64,000 bases of DNA from Myxococcota bacterium (GCA_036336835.1 JAYZFK010000062.1:32001-96000), one strand, 5' to 3'; positions 1 to 9,559 are shown, counted from the first letter of the stretch. Program-made: numbers and translations. The notes: generated by a model from the letters alone, not told the origin.

Positions 1-644
1 GGCGACCGCTGTATTACGAGTTCCCGGCCGACGGCGAGTCCGTGTTCTGTGACGACCAGGTCATGATTGGACCGCTGCTGATGGCCGCGCCGATCCTCGA
101 GCGCAACGCGCGCGCCAGGGACGTCTACCTCCCGCCCGGCGTCTGGCTCGACTGGTACGACGACGCCCGACACACCGGCCCCAAGCACCTGCGCTCAGCC
201 GCGCCGCTCGATCGGATCCCGCTGTTCGTGCGCGGCGGGGCACCGCTGCCAATGCAGAGCGCCGAGCTCCACACGGGGGTCGCGCCCCGCGAGCCGCTCG
301 TCCTCGAGGTGGCTCCGGGAGCGGACGGCGCCTTCACGCTGATCGAGGACGACGGCATCACACCCGACGGGCCGGTTGCGACGACACGACTGCGGGTGTG
401 CGACCGCCGCGCCGGCAGGCTACGACTCGAAATGGCACGACGTGAAGGCGACTACGACGTCGGCGCGCGCGACCTGCGGGTGTGCCTGCGCGGCGCGGGT
501 GTGCCGCGCGCCGTCCTGCTCGACGGCGAGCGACTTGCCGAGGGGCACGCCACTCCCGGCTATCGAGTCGAGCGGGGGCGCGTACACGTCCGGCTGCGCG
601 AGGCCGGTGAGGGCCATACCATCGAGCTGGAACCCGCGCCGTGA
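1..644 (+). CDS. Glycoside hydrolase family 31 (alpha-glucosidase-like), C-terminal part; gene starts before the window
   Basis: Frame open from the window edge: RPLYYEFP..DDQVMIGPLLMAAP..VYLPPGVW.D..IPLFVRGG..EDDG, typical GH31 C-terminal domains. Confidence 0.85.
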   Translation, partial: RPLYYEFPADGESVFCDDQVMIGPLLMAAPILERNARARDVYLPPGVWLDWYDDARHTGPKHLRSAAPLDRIPLFVRGGAPLPMQSAELHTGVAPREPLVLEVAPGADGAFTLIEDDGITPDGPVATTRLRVCDRRAGRLRLEMARREGDYDVGARDLRVCLRGAGVPRAVLLDGERLAEGHATPGYRVERGRVHVRLREAGEGHTIELEPAP

Positions 645-835
645 ACGAGGCGGAGGCCAGCAGGGAGATTGGCCTGTGCAGCCGCTGTGGGCACGCACAG
701 GTGCAGCAGAGCGCCCGGGGCAGCCGCTTCTGGCGCTGCGCGCTCGCGGACGCCGACCCGCACTACCCGCGATATCCGCCGCTTCCGGTCCAGGCGTGCG
801 CGGGATTCGAGCCAGGCAAGCTGTCCTCTGGCTAG
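641..835 (+). CDS. Small Cys-rich hypothetical protein (possible metal binding)
   Basis: 64 aa with GLCSRC..FWRC..YPRYPPLPVQAC; GTGA overlap with the GH31 stop suggests translational coupling. Confidence 0.65.
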   Translation: MNEAEASREIGLCSRCGHAQVQQSARGSRFWRCALADADPHYPRYPPLPVQACAGFEPGKLSSG

Positions 836-999
836 CAGTACGCCTTGCTGAAACTGCGTTTGAAAAGCCGCCTGCGGCATGACGCGGCGCGGCACGGCTC
901 TGCCTTGGCGCACGCGCCGATATTTTCCTAATCAATCCTTCTTGTTCGAAGCGCGCCCCGCCCGTCAGAGGGGGGCGCGGCTGGGGTCGGTGAGGGGTC

Positions 1000-3099
1000 G
1001 TGCCGCATCCGATCGTCGAGGACGAGCTAGTGCAGCTCGAGTGGGTGAGGGAGAAGCTCGCCTCGCTCCCCGAGGCGCAGAGCGCTTCGGAAGCGCCGAT
1101 CGTGCGCGAACTCCTGACGCTGCGCGATGCGCTGGTGTCCGGATCCGAGAACAAGGATCGCATGGCGCTGATGCAGGAGTGGTACCGCCAGCAGGCGCTG
1201 CTGCGCCAGATCCGCGCGGGCAAGCCCAGCGGCGAGGTCGATCCACGCTCGCCCTACTTCGCCCATCTTCGACTGCGCGAGCAGCAAGCCGATCGCAACC
1301 TCTTCCTCGGCCGCGCGACGTGTATCGAGCAGGGCATCCGCATCGTCGATTGGCGCAATGCCCCGATCACTCGAATCTTCTATCGCTACCAGCAGGGCGA
1401 CGAGTACGAAGAAGAGTTCGCCGGACGCCGGCGCGAGGGGGAGGTCGTCGCCCGCCGGATGGTGCGGATCCGAGACGGACACCTCGAACGCATTGACGCG
1501 CCCGAGGGCATCTTCCAGTGCGACGCCGGTGATCCGAGCGACTCCAGCACATGGGAGCAGAGCCCGCGCGAGGCACCTCGGCTGGCGGGTGGCGAAGCGT
1601 CGGCCCTGCGCGCGCACGAGGGGACCGAGGCCGGCGACCGACTGCTCGCAACCGACACCCACGGGCGCATCCAGCGCGCGGACAAGCGCCTGGCGGAGAT
1701 CACGGGCCTGATCGACCCCTCGCAGTTCGACCTGATCACGCGCAGCGACAGCGGCTTCCTGGTAATCCGGGGCAGCGCAGGCTCGGGCAAGACGACGGTT
1801 GCGCTTCACCGCATCGCGTACCTCGCCTACGACGACCCGGGCGTCGACAGCGACCGCACGCTGTTCGTCGTGTTCTCTCGCGCGCTCCGCAACTATGTAT
1901 CCGCCGTCCTGCCCGCGCTCGATGTGACGGACGTGAACGTAATCACCTACCAGGAGTGGGCTTCTCGGCAACGGCGCCGGCACTTTCCGCAGCTTCCGAC
2001 CGAGCAGCGCCAGGACACGCCCGCCTTCGTTACGCGCCTCAAGCTCCATCCCGTGATTGGCAAGGCGCTCGAGCAGCACATCCGATCGGTACCGGGTCGA
2101 TCCGATCGACGTCAGGTGATCGACGACTGGGCCAGCCTGCTGACCAACGGGCGACTGCTGCGCGAGTTGATCGCCCGCGAGGCACCCGGGGACTATCGCG
2201 AAGCCGACGTCAACCGCTTCGTCGACTGGCACCGCAAACGCAACGAAGAGGTCTTCGCCCACCAGGCGGGTGATCGCGACGCAAGGGCCGAGCTCGATCC
2301 CGAGGACGACGCACTGCTTCTCCGAGCCTGGCAGCTGCGGGTGGGGCCGCTGCAGACCGGCGGAAAGCGGCCGTTGCGTTACCGCCACGTCGCGATCGAC
2401 GAGGTGCAGGACTTCGCTCCGATCGAGGTGCAGGTGCTGCTCGATTGCCTCGACCGACGCAAGAGCATCACACTAGCCGGCGATACGCAGCAGCATGTGA
2501 TGCAGGCCAGCGGCTTCACGTCCTGGAGCGACTTCTTTCGCCACCTCGACGTACCGGGCATGTCGATCGACACGCTGCGTACCAGCTATCGCTCGTCGCA
2601 CGAGATCGCCTCCTTCGCGCTCGGCGTACTCGGCGACCTGCGCGAGGACGACGCGCCACCGCAAACCACCCGCAGCGGACCGCCCGTCGAGCTCTTCCGC
2701 TTCACCGACCACGGCGCGAGCGTAGCCTTCCTGGCCGACGCGTTTCGCCAGCTCGCGAACGACGAGCCGCTGGCCTCGGTGGCATTGCTGACACCATCTG
2801 CACAGCTCTCGCAGCTCTACTTAGAGGCCTTCGAGCGCTGCGAGCTACCGCGTCTGCAACGAGTCATCGATCAGGATTTCAGCTTCGAGCCCGGCATAGA
2901 GATCACCGAGGTCGAGCAGGTGAAGGGACTCGAGTTCGACTACGTGGTGGTGCTCGACGCGAGCGCCGTCCACTACCCCGACACACCCGCAGCGCGACGT
3001 CTGCTCCACGTGGCTGCAACACGCGCCGTCCACCAGCTGTGGCTCACCACGATTGGAACGCCGTCGCCCATGTTGGCCGAAGCCGCCAAAACGCAGTAA
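1000..3099 (+). CDS. helD: HelD-like superfamily 1 (UvrD-type) ATPase/helicase
   Basis: SPYFAHL, IVDWRNAPI, GSAGSGKTTVALHRIAYLAY, DEVQD, GDTQQ, YRS, VKGLEFD, LHVAATRA motifs. Confidence 0.75.
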   Translation: MPHPIVEDELVQLEWVREKLASLPEAQSASEAPIVRELLTLRDALVSGSENKDRMALMQEWYRQQALLRQIRAGKPSGEVDPRSPYFAHLRLREQQADRNLFLGRATCIEQGIRIVDWRNAPITRIFYRYQQGDEYEEEFAGRRREGEVVARRMVRIRDGHLERIDAPEGIFQCDAGDPSDSSTWEQSPREAPRLAGGEASALRAHEGTEAGDRLLATDTHGRIQRADKRLAEITGLIDPSQFDLITRSDSGFLVIRGSAGSGKTTVALHRIAYLAYDDPGVDSDRTLFVVFSRALRNYVSAVLPALDVTDVNVITYQEWASRQRRRHFPQLPTEQRQDTPAFVTRLKLHPVIGKALEQHIRSVPGRSDRRQVIDDWASLLTNGRLLRELIAREAPGDYREADVNRFVDWHRKRNEEVFAHQAGDRDARAELDPEDDALLLRAWQLRVGPLQTGGKRPLRYRHVAIDEVQDFAPIEVQVLLDCLDRRKSITLAGDTQQHVMQASGFTSWSDFFRHLDVPGMSIDTLRTSYRSSHEIASFALGVLGDLREDDAPPQTTRSGPPVELFRFTDHGASVAFLADAFRQLANDEPLASVALLTPSAQLSQLYLEAFERCELPRLQRVIDQDFSFEPGIEITEVEQVKGLEFDYVVVLDASAVHYPDTPAARRLLHVAATRAVHQLWLTTIGTPSPMLAEAAKTQ

Positions 3100-3112
3100 A
3101 CCGAGGACCTCG

Positions 3113-4627
3113 ATGTACACATTGGCGGATCCTGTCGCGCGCGCGGAACGACAAATGGGCAGTCGCACAGCGATCGTCTGCGGCGACGAGCGCGCGAGCT
3201 TCGCCGAGTTGGGGCAGCGTTGTCGCAGGCTTGCCGGGGCGCTCGACAGCCTCGGTCTCGAGCGCGGTGATCGCGTCGCAATCCTCGCAGCAAACTCACC
3301 TGCCTACATCGAAGTCTACATGGGCGTTCCGGCCGCAGGCTACGTCGTGGTGCCTCTCAACTGGCGTCACGCCGAGCCCGAGCTTCGCTATGCACTCGAG
3401 GATTCGTCTGCCAGGGTGCTGATCACCGATCGCGATCCGGGCGCGCTGGCCGGTGTGGTCGAGCACGTCGTGATGTTGCCCGACGCGTACGAAGCACTCG
3501 TGAGCAGCGCTGGCGAGCGGACGCTCGGCGAAGCTGTCGGCGAGGACGATCTGGCCGGGCTCTTCTACACTGGCGGGACCACCGGTAGCTCCAAGGGCGT
3601 GATGCTCACGCACCGCGCACTGCTCGCGAACGCGTTTCATTTCAACACGGCACTTCCACTCGACCCAGACGACATCGTGCTCGTGATGGCGCCGATGTTC
3701 CACGCAGCCGGGTCCGTGTGGATCGCGCCCGCGGTCTGGCTCGGCTGTCGCCAGGTACCGGTCCCGGTATTCGACCCGAAGACAGTGCTCGAGGCGATCG
3801 AGCGCGAGCGCTGCAGCGTGACCCTCGGTGTGCCGACGATGCTCGCAGCGATCGCGGAGGAGCAGATCGCAAGCCCGCGCGATACATCGAGCCTGCGTCT
3901 GATCGTGCACGGCGGCTCGCCGATCGCCAGCGAGACGCTGCGCCGCCTGCACGGCGCGATTCCGCACTGCGAGATCGTCGAAATCTACGGCGCCACCGAG
4001 ATGGGACCGATCGCAACGGCCCTGCGTCACGAGGAGCAGCTCGTCGGCGGACCGCGCGGGCGCTCCTGCGGCCAGGCAGTGCCTGGCGTCGGTCTGCGCG
4101 TCATCGACGACGACTGGAACGAGCTCGCTGTCGGAGAGACGGGTGAAATCGCGGTACGCGGTCCCAACCTGATGACCGGCTACTGGAACAAGCCGGAGCA
4201 GACCGCCGAGGTATTGCGCGACGACTGGTACCGCTCCGGCGACCTGGGCTACCAGGATGACGAGGGATTCGTGTTCCTGGTCGATCGCGCCAAGGACATG
4301 ATCGTCTCGGGCGGAGAGAACGTGTACTGCACCGAAGTCGAGGAGGTGCTGTACCAGCACCCCGGCGTGCTCGAAGCCGGCGTCTTCGGTATCCCGGATG
4401 ACAAGTGGGGCGAGGCGGTGCACGCCATCGTGGTGCGTCGGTCCGAAGCCCCAGACCTGAGTGCCGAGGAGCTGATCGCATTCTGTCGCGAGCGACTCGG
4501 CGGCTACAAGATTCCGAAGGGCATCGACTTCCAGACGCAGGAGCTGCCCAAGTCGGGACCGGGCAAGATTCTGAAGCGCGCGCTGCGCGAGCCGTACTGG
4601 AAGGAACACGAACGCCAGATCAACTAG
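3113..4627 (+). CDS. Long-chain acyl-CoA synthetase / AMP-binding enzyme
   Basis: YTGGTTGSSKG, YGATE, SGDLG, DRAKDMIVSGGENVY, PKSGPGK; GAGGA SD before ATG 3113. Confidence 0.9.
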   Translation: MYTLADPVARAERQMGSRTAIVCGDERASFAELGQRCRRLAGALDSLGLERGDRVAILAANSPAYIEVYMGVPAAGYVVVPLNWRHAEPELRYALEDSSARVLITDRDPGALAGVVEHVVMLPDAYEALVSSAGERTLGEAVGEDDLAGLFYTGGTTGSSKGVMLTHRALLANAFHFNTALPLDPDDIVLVMAPMFHAAGSVWIAPAVWLGCRQVPVPVFDPKTVLEAIERERCSVTLGVPTMLAAIAEEQIASPRDTSSLRLIVHGGSPIASETLRRLHGAIPHCEIVEIYGATEMGPIATALRHEEQLVGGPRGRSCGQAVPGVGLRVIDDDWNELAVGETGEIAVRGPNLMTGYWNKPEQTAEVLRDDWYRSGDLGYQDDEGFVFLVDRAKDMIVSGGENVYCTEVEEVLYQHPGVLEAGVFGIPDDKWGEAVHAIVVRRSEAPDLSAEELIAFCRERLGGYKIPKGIDFQTQELPKSGPGKILKRALREPYWKEHERQIN

Positions 4628-4651
4628 GACGCCGAGCCCCGGCCCCGCCGC

Positions 4652-5980
4652 TCACTCGTCACTCGACTCCGGCGAGATCTCCTCGAGCTCGCGCCCTGCG
4701 GTCTCGGGAATCAGGAACACCATGAGCGCGGGAACCAGCAGCAGCGGCAGCAGCCACGTGATCGCGACCGCGTGCGCAAGCTGCTCAGCACCCGGCGCGC
4801 CCGCCAGCGACTCGAGCGCGGCGGGGTAGAGCGCGCTCTCGATCTGGTAACCGGTGAAACCGCCCAGCGTCGCGACCATCAGCCGCGCGCCCGCAGCCGT
4901 GGAACGATACGAGGTCGGGAACAGCTCGCTTCCGAGCGCCTTCAGGATCACGCCCATGCCGGTCGCCGCGAACACGATCCCGATCCATCCGGCGATCGCG
5001 ATGGCGTCACTGCCGTTGTAGAACCCGTAGGCCGAAGTGGCGTGCAGCAAGATCATTCCCAGCAGCACCGCGCGCCAGCCAATGCGACCGCCGACCTCGG
5101 CCGCAGCGAAGTTGCCGAGGATGCCCAGGCTTCCGCCGACCAGAACGACGGTTGCGACCGACACGCTGTCGTAGCCATGCAGCTCCTGCAGCGTCTTCGA
5201 CAGGAACCCGAAGGCCGTCCAGTGGACCAGATCGAAGCTGAACACGAGTAGCGAGAGTATGACGAGCCGGCGCGGATAGACGGTCAAGAGCTGGACCAGT
5301 GGTCGCAACGTCTCGCGGATTCCGCTCGTAGCGCCGCGCGCAGCCCGGTGCTGCTCGAATCGCTCGGTCTCGGGGAGACTGCGCCGCAGCCACGCGAACA
5401 CCAGCAGCGGCAGGGCGCCAAGCAGGTAGAGCATGCGCCACCCGAACGGCAGCACGTCGATGAACCCGAAGCCGAGAGCGGCACCCCCGTGGCCCAGGGC
5501 CCCGAGTGCGCCGAGCATCCCGATGCCCCATCCGCGATCGCGCGCCGAGAGCTCTTCGATGATGACCACTGCCGCCAACATCACCTCGGCACCGATGAAG
5601 GCGCGGGCGAGGATCTGAGCCCACATGAACTCGACCGGCGTGCGCGCGAAGGCCGTGAGGAAGGTGAAGAACGAGAAGCCGATCACCGTCGCGAGCAACA
5701 GCCGGCGACGACCGATGCGGTCGGCCAGCAGCGTCATGGCGAAGGAGGCCAGCATGCCGAGCCGGATCGTGCCGGCCACAGCTCCGATCTCCGATTCGGC
5801 GATCCCGAGCCCCTCCTGGATCTGCTTGAGCGCAATGCTGACCAGCGCGGCGTCGTAGTTGTCGAAGTACTCCGCCACCGCGAGTAGGCCGAGAACCTTG
5901 CGCTGACGCGGGGTCAGCCGATTGAGCTGCCACCAGCGCCGGCCGCTCCTGGCGTCGGTCGTGAGGGGATCTTCGGGCAA
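4652..5980 (-). CDS. MFS transporter
   Basis: Multiple TM helices, LADRIGRR motif A, SELFPTSYRS, PET motifs. Confidence 0.9.
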   Translation of the reverse strand: MPEDPLTTDARSGRRWWQLNRLTPRQRKVLGLLAVAEYFDNYDAALVSIALKQIQEGLGIAESEIGAVAGTIRLGMLASFAMTLLADRIGRRRLLLATVIGFSFFTFLTAFARTPVEFMWAQILARAFIGAEVMLAAVVIIEELSARDRGWGIGMLGALGALGHGGAALGFGFIDVLPFGWRMLYLLGALPLLVFAWLRRSLPETERFEQHRAARGATSGIRETLRPLVQLLTVYPRRLVILSLLVFSFDLVHWTAFGFLSKTLQELHGYDSVSVATVVLVGGSLGILGNFAAAEVGGRIGWRAVLLGMILLHATSAYGFYNGSDAIAIAGWIGIVFAATGMGVILKALGSELFPTSYRSTAAGARLMVATLGGFTGYQIESALYPAALESLAGAPGAEQLAHAVAITWLLPLLLVPALMVFLIPETAGRELEEISPESSDE

Positions 5981-6047
5981 GGCCCGACATGAGTAGTCGA
6001 TCGCGCACTCCGCGCAAGCACGGCCCGTCTGCTGTTAGACTCCACGC

Positions 6048-6500
6048 ATGGCCCTCGACGTGGGCGACCTTGCCCCAGACTTCACTCTGCCCTCCACCCA
6101 GGGCGAGATCACCCTGTCGAAGCAGCTGGCCGCGGGCAGCGTGCTGCTCGTCTTCTATCCGGGCGACGACACGCCGGTATGTACCAAGCAGCTCTGCGAC
6201 TATCGGGACAACATGACTACGTTCGGAGAGCTCGGCGTCCAGGTTCTCGGCATCAATCCGCAGAGCCTCTCGTCGCACGAGCGTTTCGCAGACAAGCGCA
6301 AGCTCCCGTTTCCACTGCTCTCCGACAGCGACAAGTCGACCTGCCGCGCCTATGGTGCGATCGGCCTGCTCGGGATGACCCGGCGCGCGCTGGTCCTGAT
6401 CGGAACCGACGGACGGGTGCGCTGGCAACGCAGTGATCTGCCCATCTTCCATCGCAGCGCCGCCGAGCTTCGCGAGGCGATCGTCGGGCTGCGGGATTGA
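6048..6500 (+). CDS. bcp: Peroxiredoxin (BCP/PrxQ)
   Basis: APDFTL, FYPGDDTPVCTKQLC (PxxxTxxC with resolving Cys). Confidence 0.9.
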   Translation: MALDVGDLAPDFTLPSTQGEITLSKQLAAGSVLLVFYPGDDTPVCTKQLCDYRDNMTTFGELGVQVLGINPQSLSSHERFADKRKLPFPLLSDSDKSTCRAYGAIGLLGMTRRALVLIGTDGRVRWQRSDLPIFHRSAAELREAIVGLRD

Positions 6501-6523
6501 CCACTGGCGAGGAAACCGATTCG

Positions 6524-7063
6524 ATGTCGCACTGGTTCCTGCTATCGGCCATCGGTCGCGACAAGCCCGGTCTCGTCGCCGAGCTTGCACAGCTGATCTA
6601 CGACGCCGACGCCAACCTCGAGGATTCGCGGATGACGATCCTCGGCAGCGACTTCGCCGTGATCCTGCTCTGTTCCTCTGCGCGCGGCGAGACTGCTGAC
6701 GACATCTCCCTCGGAGCCAAGCGTCTCGAACGAGACCACGGCCTCACGATCCTGCTGCGAAGCCTCGAAGTAGGACCGCGGCCCTCGATCCCGGCTCCTG
6801 GTACACGCCTCTACACTCTGGCCGCCGCCGGCGAGGACCGGGCCGGCATCGTCGCCAGCATTTGCCGAATTCTCGCCGACCGATCCGTCAACATCGCGGA
6901 CCTGTCGACCGCCAGCCGCCCGGGCCCCGGAGGCTCTCCCCACTACGAGCTCCAGATGAACATCGAAATTCCCGAAACCCCGGACCCAAAGCGACTCCGA
7001 GATGACCTGGAAGCCGAGGCCGACCGCCTGGTCATCGACGTGTCCCTGATGCCCAGGAAATGA
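6524..7063 (+). CDS. gcvR: Double-ACT-domain protein, GcvR-like
   Basis: SAIGRDKPGLVA..ANLEDSRM and second ACT GEDRAGIV..NIADL; start could be 6497. Confidence 0.75.
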   Translation: MSHWFLLSAIGRDKPGLVAELAQLIYDADANLEDSRMTILGSDFAVILLCSSARGETADDISLGAKRLERDHGLTILLRSLEVGPRPSIPAPGTRLYTLAAAGEDRAGIVASICRILADRSVNIADLSTASRPGPGGSPHYELQMNIEIPETPDPKRLRDDLEAEADRLVIDVSLMPRK

Positions 7064-7117
7064 CGACTCGGCGATGACGAGGCTCGACGAGTGTCGTCGC
7101 ACGGATCCTGAAGGGTC

Positions 7118-7780
7118 CTACTCTACGAGAGCGTTCCGCGCGACGGACCAGCGGGAGGGGAGCGGCGTCCCGACGATCCCGAAGAAGTCCTCCAGAAAGG
7201 CATAGGTCAGGCCCCAGACCACGTGGCGACCCGGCTCTCCGACCAGAATGCCCGGGAAGCGCATCGTCACGCCAGGAGCGGTGTACGGCACCTGACGCTC
7301 GGATTCGTGCAACGCCCGCAGCGGAAACCAGAACGCTTGCGCCACCTCCAACCGGTCGATCACGAGAGGCACCTCCCGCTCGAGCAGGTAGACGTGGCCC
7401 GAGATCACCAGCCCTTGCTGCTTCACAGGGCCACGCCCGGTCAGATCGGTCAGCCGCCCGATGTGCTGCGCTTCCTGCAGTGCGATCCCGACCTCTTCGT
7501 AGGTCTCGCGCTCAGCCGCCGCCCGCGGATGCGCGTCACCGGGATCCAGGCGACCGCCGGGAAAGGCCATGTGTCCCGACCAGGGATCGCCCTCGTGGCG
7601 CGCGCGCTCGATGAACAGCACCTCGGCGCCGGCATCGCGGGCCCGCAAGATCATGGCCACCGCGGCACGGCGCCTGCCCGCTCCCGGGAGCGTCTCTGGA
7701 GCGTGCGCAGCGAGTGCCCGGGTGATGTCCTCGAGGTCGATCACGCGCCCAACCATAGGCGCGTGCGTCCTCGCTTTCAT
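7118..7780 (-). CDS. Nudix CoA pyrophosphatase
   Basis: DPWSGHMAFPGG..AAERETYEEVG Nudix box, VVWGLT. Confidence 0.85.
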   Translation of the reverse strand: MKARTHAPMVGRVIDLEDITRALAAHAPETLPGAGRRRAAVAMILRARDAGAEVLFIERARHEGDPWSGHMAFPGGRLDPGDAHPRAAAERETYEEVGIALQEAQHIGRLTDLTGRGPVKQQGLVISGHVYLLEREVPLVIDRLEVAQAFWFPLRALHESERQVPYTAPGVTMRFPGILVGEPGRHVVWGLTYAFLEDFFGIVGTPLPSRWSVARNALVE

Positions 7781-7796
7781 GCGTTAGCTTGCGCCA

Positions 7797-8993
7797 ATGG
7801 ACTCCGCCCCTCCCGCCCCTGGAGCCCCGGTTGCGGCGCGCCAGGTGCTGGCGCTCTCGCGCCGCGACAAGCGCGCCGCCGAGGCGGCTCTCGCGGGTCT
7901 GGAGCTGGAGCAGCAAATCGCGGTCGTCTGCGAGGCCCCTGCTCGCGATCGCGCGCGACTGCTCGAGCTGCTGCCCGAGCCCGAGACGGTGGTTCCGCTG
8001 CTGCCCGACGCCGAGTTGGTCTTCACGGTCAAGGCAGTCGGTCTCGACGATGCGAGCTGGCTGCTCGAACACGCCTCGCCTCGGCAACTGGCCACCTGCT
8101 TCGACCTCGATGCCTGGGTCGGTCTCCAGCCGGACCGCACGAAACTCGTCGACTGGTTTGCCGTCCTGGCGGAAGCGAACTCGGAGACGCTCGTGCGCGC
8201 CGCGCACGCGATTGACCCCGAAGTGCTGACGCTCTACCTGCGCGACCAGATCGACGTGATGCTCGATCCGAAGGACGAGGAGTGGCAGCCGCCGCCCGGC
8301 GCGCAGACCCTCGAGGGTCAGTTCTACTTCGCTGCTCGCAAGGAGGGCGACGACATCGCCCCACTGCTGAAGCTCCTGCACGCACTGTTCGAGTCCGACT
8401 ACTGGCTCTACTTCCGGATGATGCAGGCGGTGATGTGGGAGCTGGAACCCGAGCTCGAGGAGTACGCGCTACGCTGGCGCACCGGTCGCATCGAAGATCT
8501 GGGCTTCCCACCCTGGGACGAGGCGATGCGCATCTACGGCTTCCTGCGACCAGCGCAACGGACGATTCTCGCAGAGCGACCCTCGCAGCACGGTACGAGT
8601 GCGTGGGACTTCCCGGTCTGGATTCCGGATCTCCCGTCGATCGCGAGCCGCAATCACGCGCTGTTCCAGGCCGCCTTCGAACTCGACGACGCGGGCCGCC
8701 GAGACTTCTTCTATGCGTTCGTCGCGCTGTCCAACAAGGTCGCCGTCGCGGACCGCATGCCACTCGGAGACGTAGAGACGTTGCCCGCGGCGGTCGAGAA
8801 GGCGGCCGAGATCGCAAGCGCCGGGCTCGAGCACGTGGCGACCGAGATTGGTCTCCGACCGCGAGAAGTCGTCGAGCGAAGCACACTCGAGTATCTGTTC
8901 CGCGTGGGCGCGAGCCTCAATCCCGATGACGCGCGACCAGCCTGGCTGGCGAAGGTGATGGAAGACACCGACGACGCCAGCGAGGAAGCCTGA
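7797..8993 (+). CDS. Conserved hypothetical protein, DUF6178-like
   Basis: FDLDAW, ELEEYALRWRTGRIEDLGFP, LFRVG motifs recalled from this deltaproteobacterial family. Confidence 0.6.
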   Translation: MDSAPPAPGAPVAARQVLALSRRDKRAAEAALAGLELEQQIAVVCEAPARDRARLLELLPEPETVVPLLPDAELVFTVKAVGLDDASWLLEHASPRQLATCFDLDAWVGLQPDRTKLVDWFAVLAEANSETLVRAAHAIDPEVLTLYLRDQIDVMLDPKDEEWQPPPGAQTLEGQFYFAARKEGDDIAPLLKLLHALFESDYWLYFRMMQAVMWELEPELEEYALRWRTGRIEDLGFPPWDEAMRIYGFLRPAQRTILAERPSQHGTSAWDFPVWIPDLPSIASRNHALFQAAFELDDAGRRDFFYAFVALSNKVAVADRMPLGDVETLPAAVEKAAEIASAGLEHVATEIGLRPREVVERSTLEYLFRVGASLNPDDARPAWLAKVMEDTDDASEEA

Positions 8994-8997
8994 CGCA

Positions 8998-9029
8998 CAG
9001 GGCCCGCCAGCAAATGCCGACGGGCCCTG
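8998..9029 (-). terminator. Hairpin between convergent genes, probable terminator of the histone gene
   Basis: Minus-strand CAGGGCCCGUCGGCA-UU-UGCUGGCGGGCCCUG pairs fully, using G-U pairs available only on the minus strand. Confidence 0.65.
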
Positions 9030-9056
9030 CGAGCTCAGAGCTTCGAGCGAGACCGA

Positions 9057-9272
9057 CTAGAGGTCGACCGCCTTCAGCGTCTTCCGCTTGTTGCCGATCG
9101 CACGCGCCTCGGCGTCCTTGATCAACTGCCGAACCACGCCGTCGAGTGCACCGTAGAACTCCCCGCCCACGTTGCACTTCTTGACGGCGTTCTTGGTCCG
9201 GGTCTTCGAGATGATGAGCTCCACCTTCGCCGAGCGGCGACGAGCGGCCTTCTTCTTTTTCCGAGCTGCCAT
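9057..9272 (-). CDS. Prokaryotic histone-fold protein (DUF1931 / face-to-face-type) with basic N-terminal tail
   Basis: 71 aa MAARKKKKAARRRSAKVELIISKTRTKNAVKKCNVGGEFYGALDGVVRQLIKDAEARAIGNKRKTLKAVDL; C-terminal RKTxxxxD motif; SD AGAGG upstream of ATG 9272. Confidence 0.85.
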   Translation of the reverse strand: MAARKKKKAARRRSAKVELIISKTRTKNAVKKCNVGGEFYGALDGVVRQLIKDAEARAIGNKRKTLKAVDL

Positions 9273-9420
9273 TTGTTCTAGTTCCTCTCTAGCATCGCCA
9301 TCGATTGCCACTCGCGGACCAACCAGCCAACGGGGCAGTGATCCCCTGCGAGCGACGGGTAACGATGACCCCTTGTGGATCGTGATCCCCGAGATGCCTC
9401 GAGCATCTCGGTAGCGGCGG

Positions 9421-9448
9421 AGCATAATGCATGAAAGTGACGAGGCAA
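9421..9448 (-). promoter_or_regulatory. Putative sigma70-type promoter for the histone gene
   Basis: Minus strand TTGCCT-16 nt-TATGCT in a locally AT-richer patch. Confidence 0.5.
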
Positions 9449-9450
9449 GC

Positions 9451-9479
9451 AGAAAACACACGGAGAGCGCCTCTCCGTG
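9451..9479 (-). terminator. Intrinsic-terminator-like hairpin just upstream of the histone promoter
   Basis: Perfect 9-bp stem CACGGAGAG/CTCTCCGTG followed on the minus strand by TGTTTTCT. Confidence 0.45.
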
Positions 9480-9559
9480 CCGATTTAGAGGGGCACTTTC
9501 TTTCGCGTCCCGCCGACGCCACTGATCCGCGCCACGCGATCGGTTAGCCTCCGCACGAC

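Noticed and set aside
836..999. Rifamycin-associated element or sigma54 promoter upstream of the HelD-like gene
   Set aside because: No convincing RAE palindrome; GGCACGGCTCTGC has 9 rather than 10 nt between GG and GC
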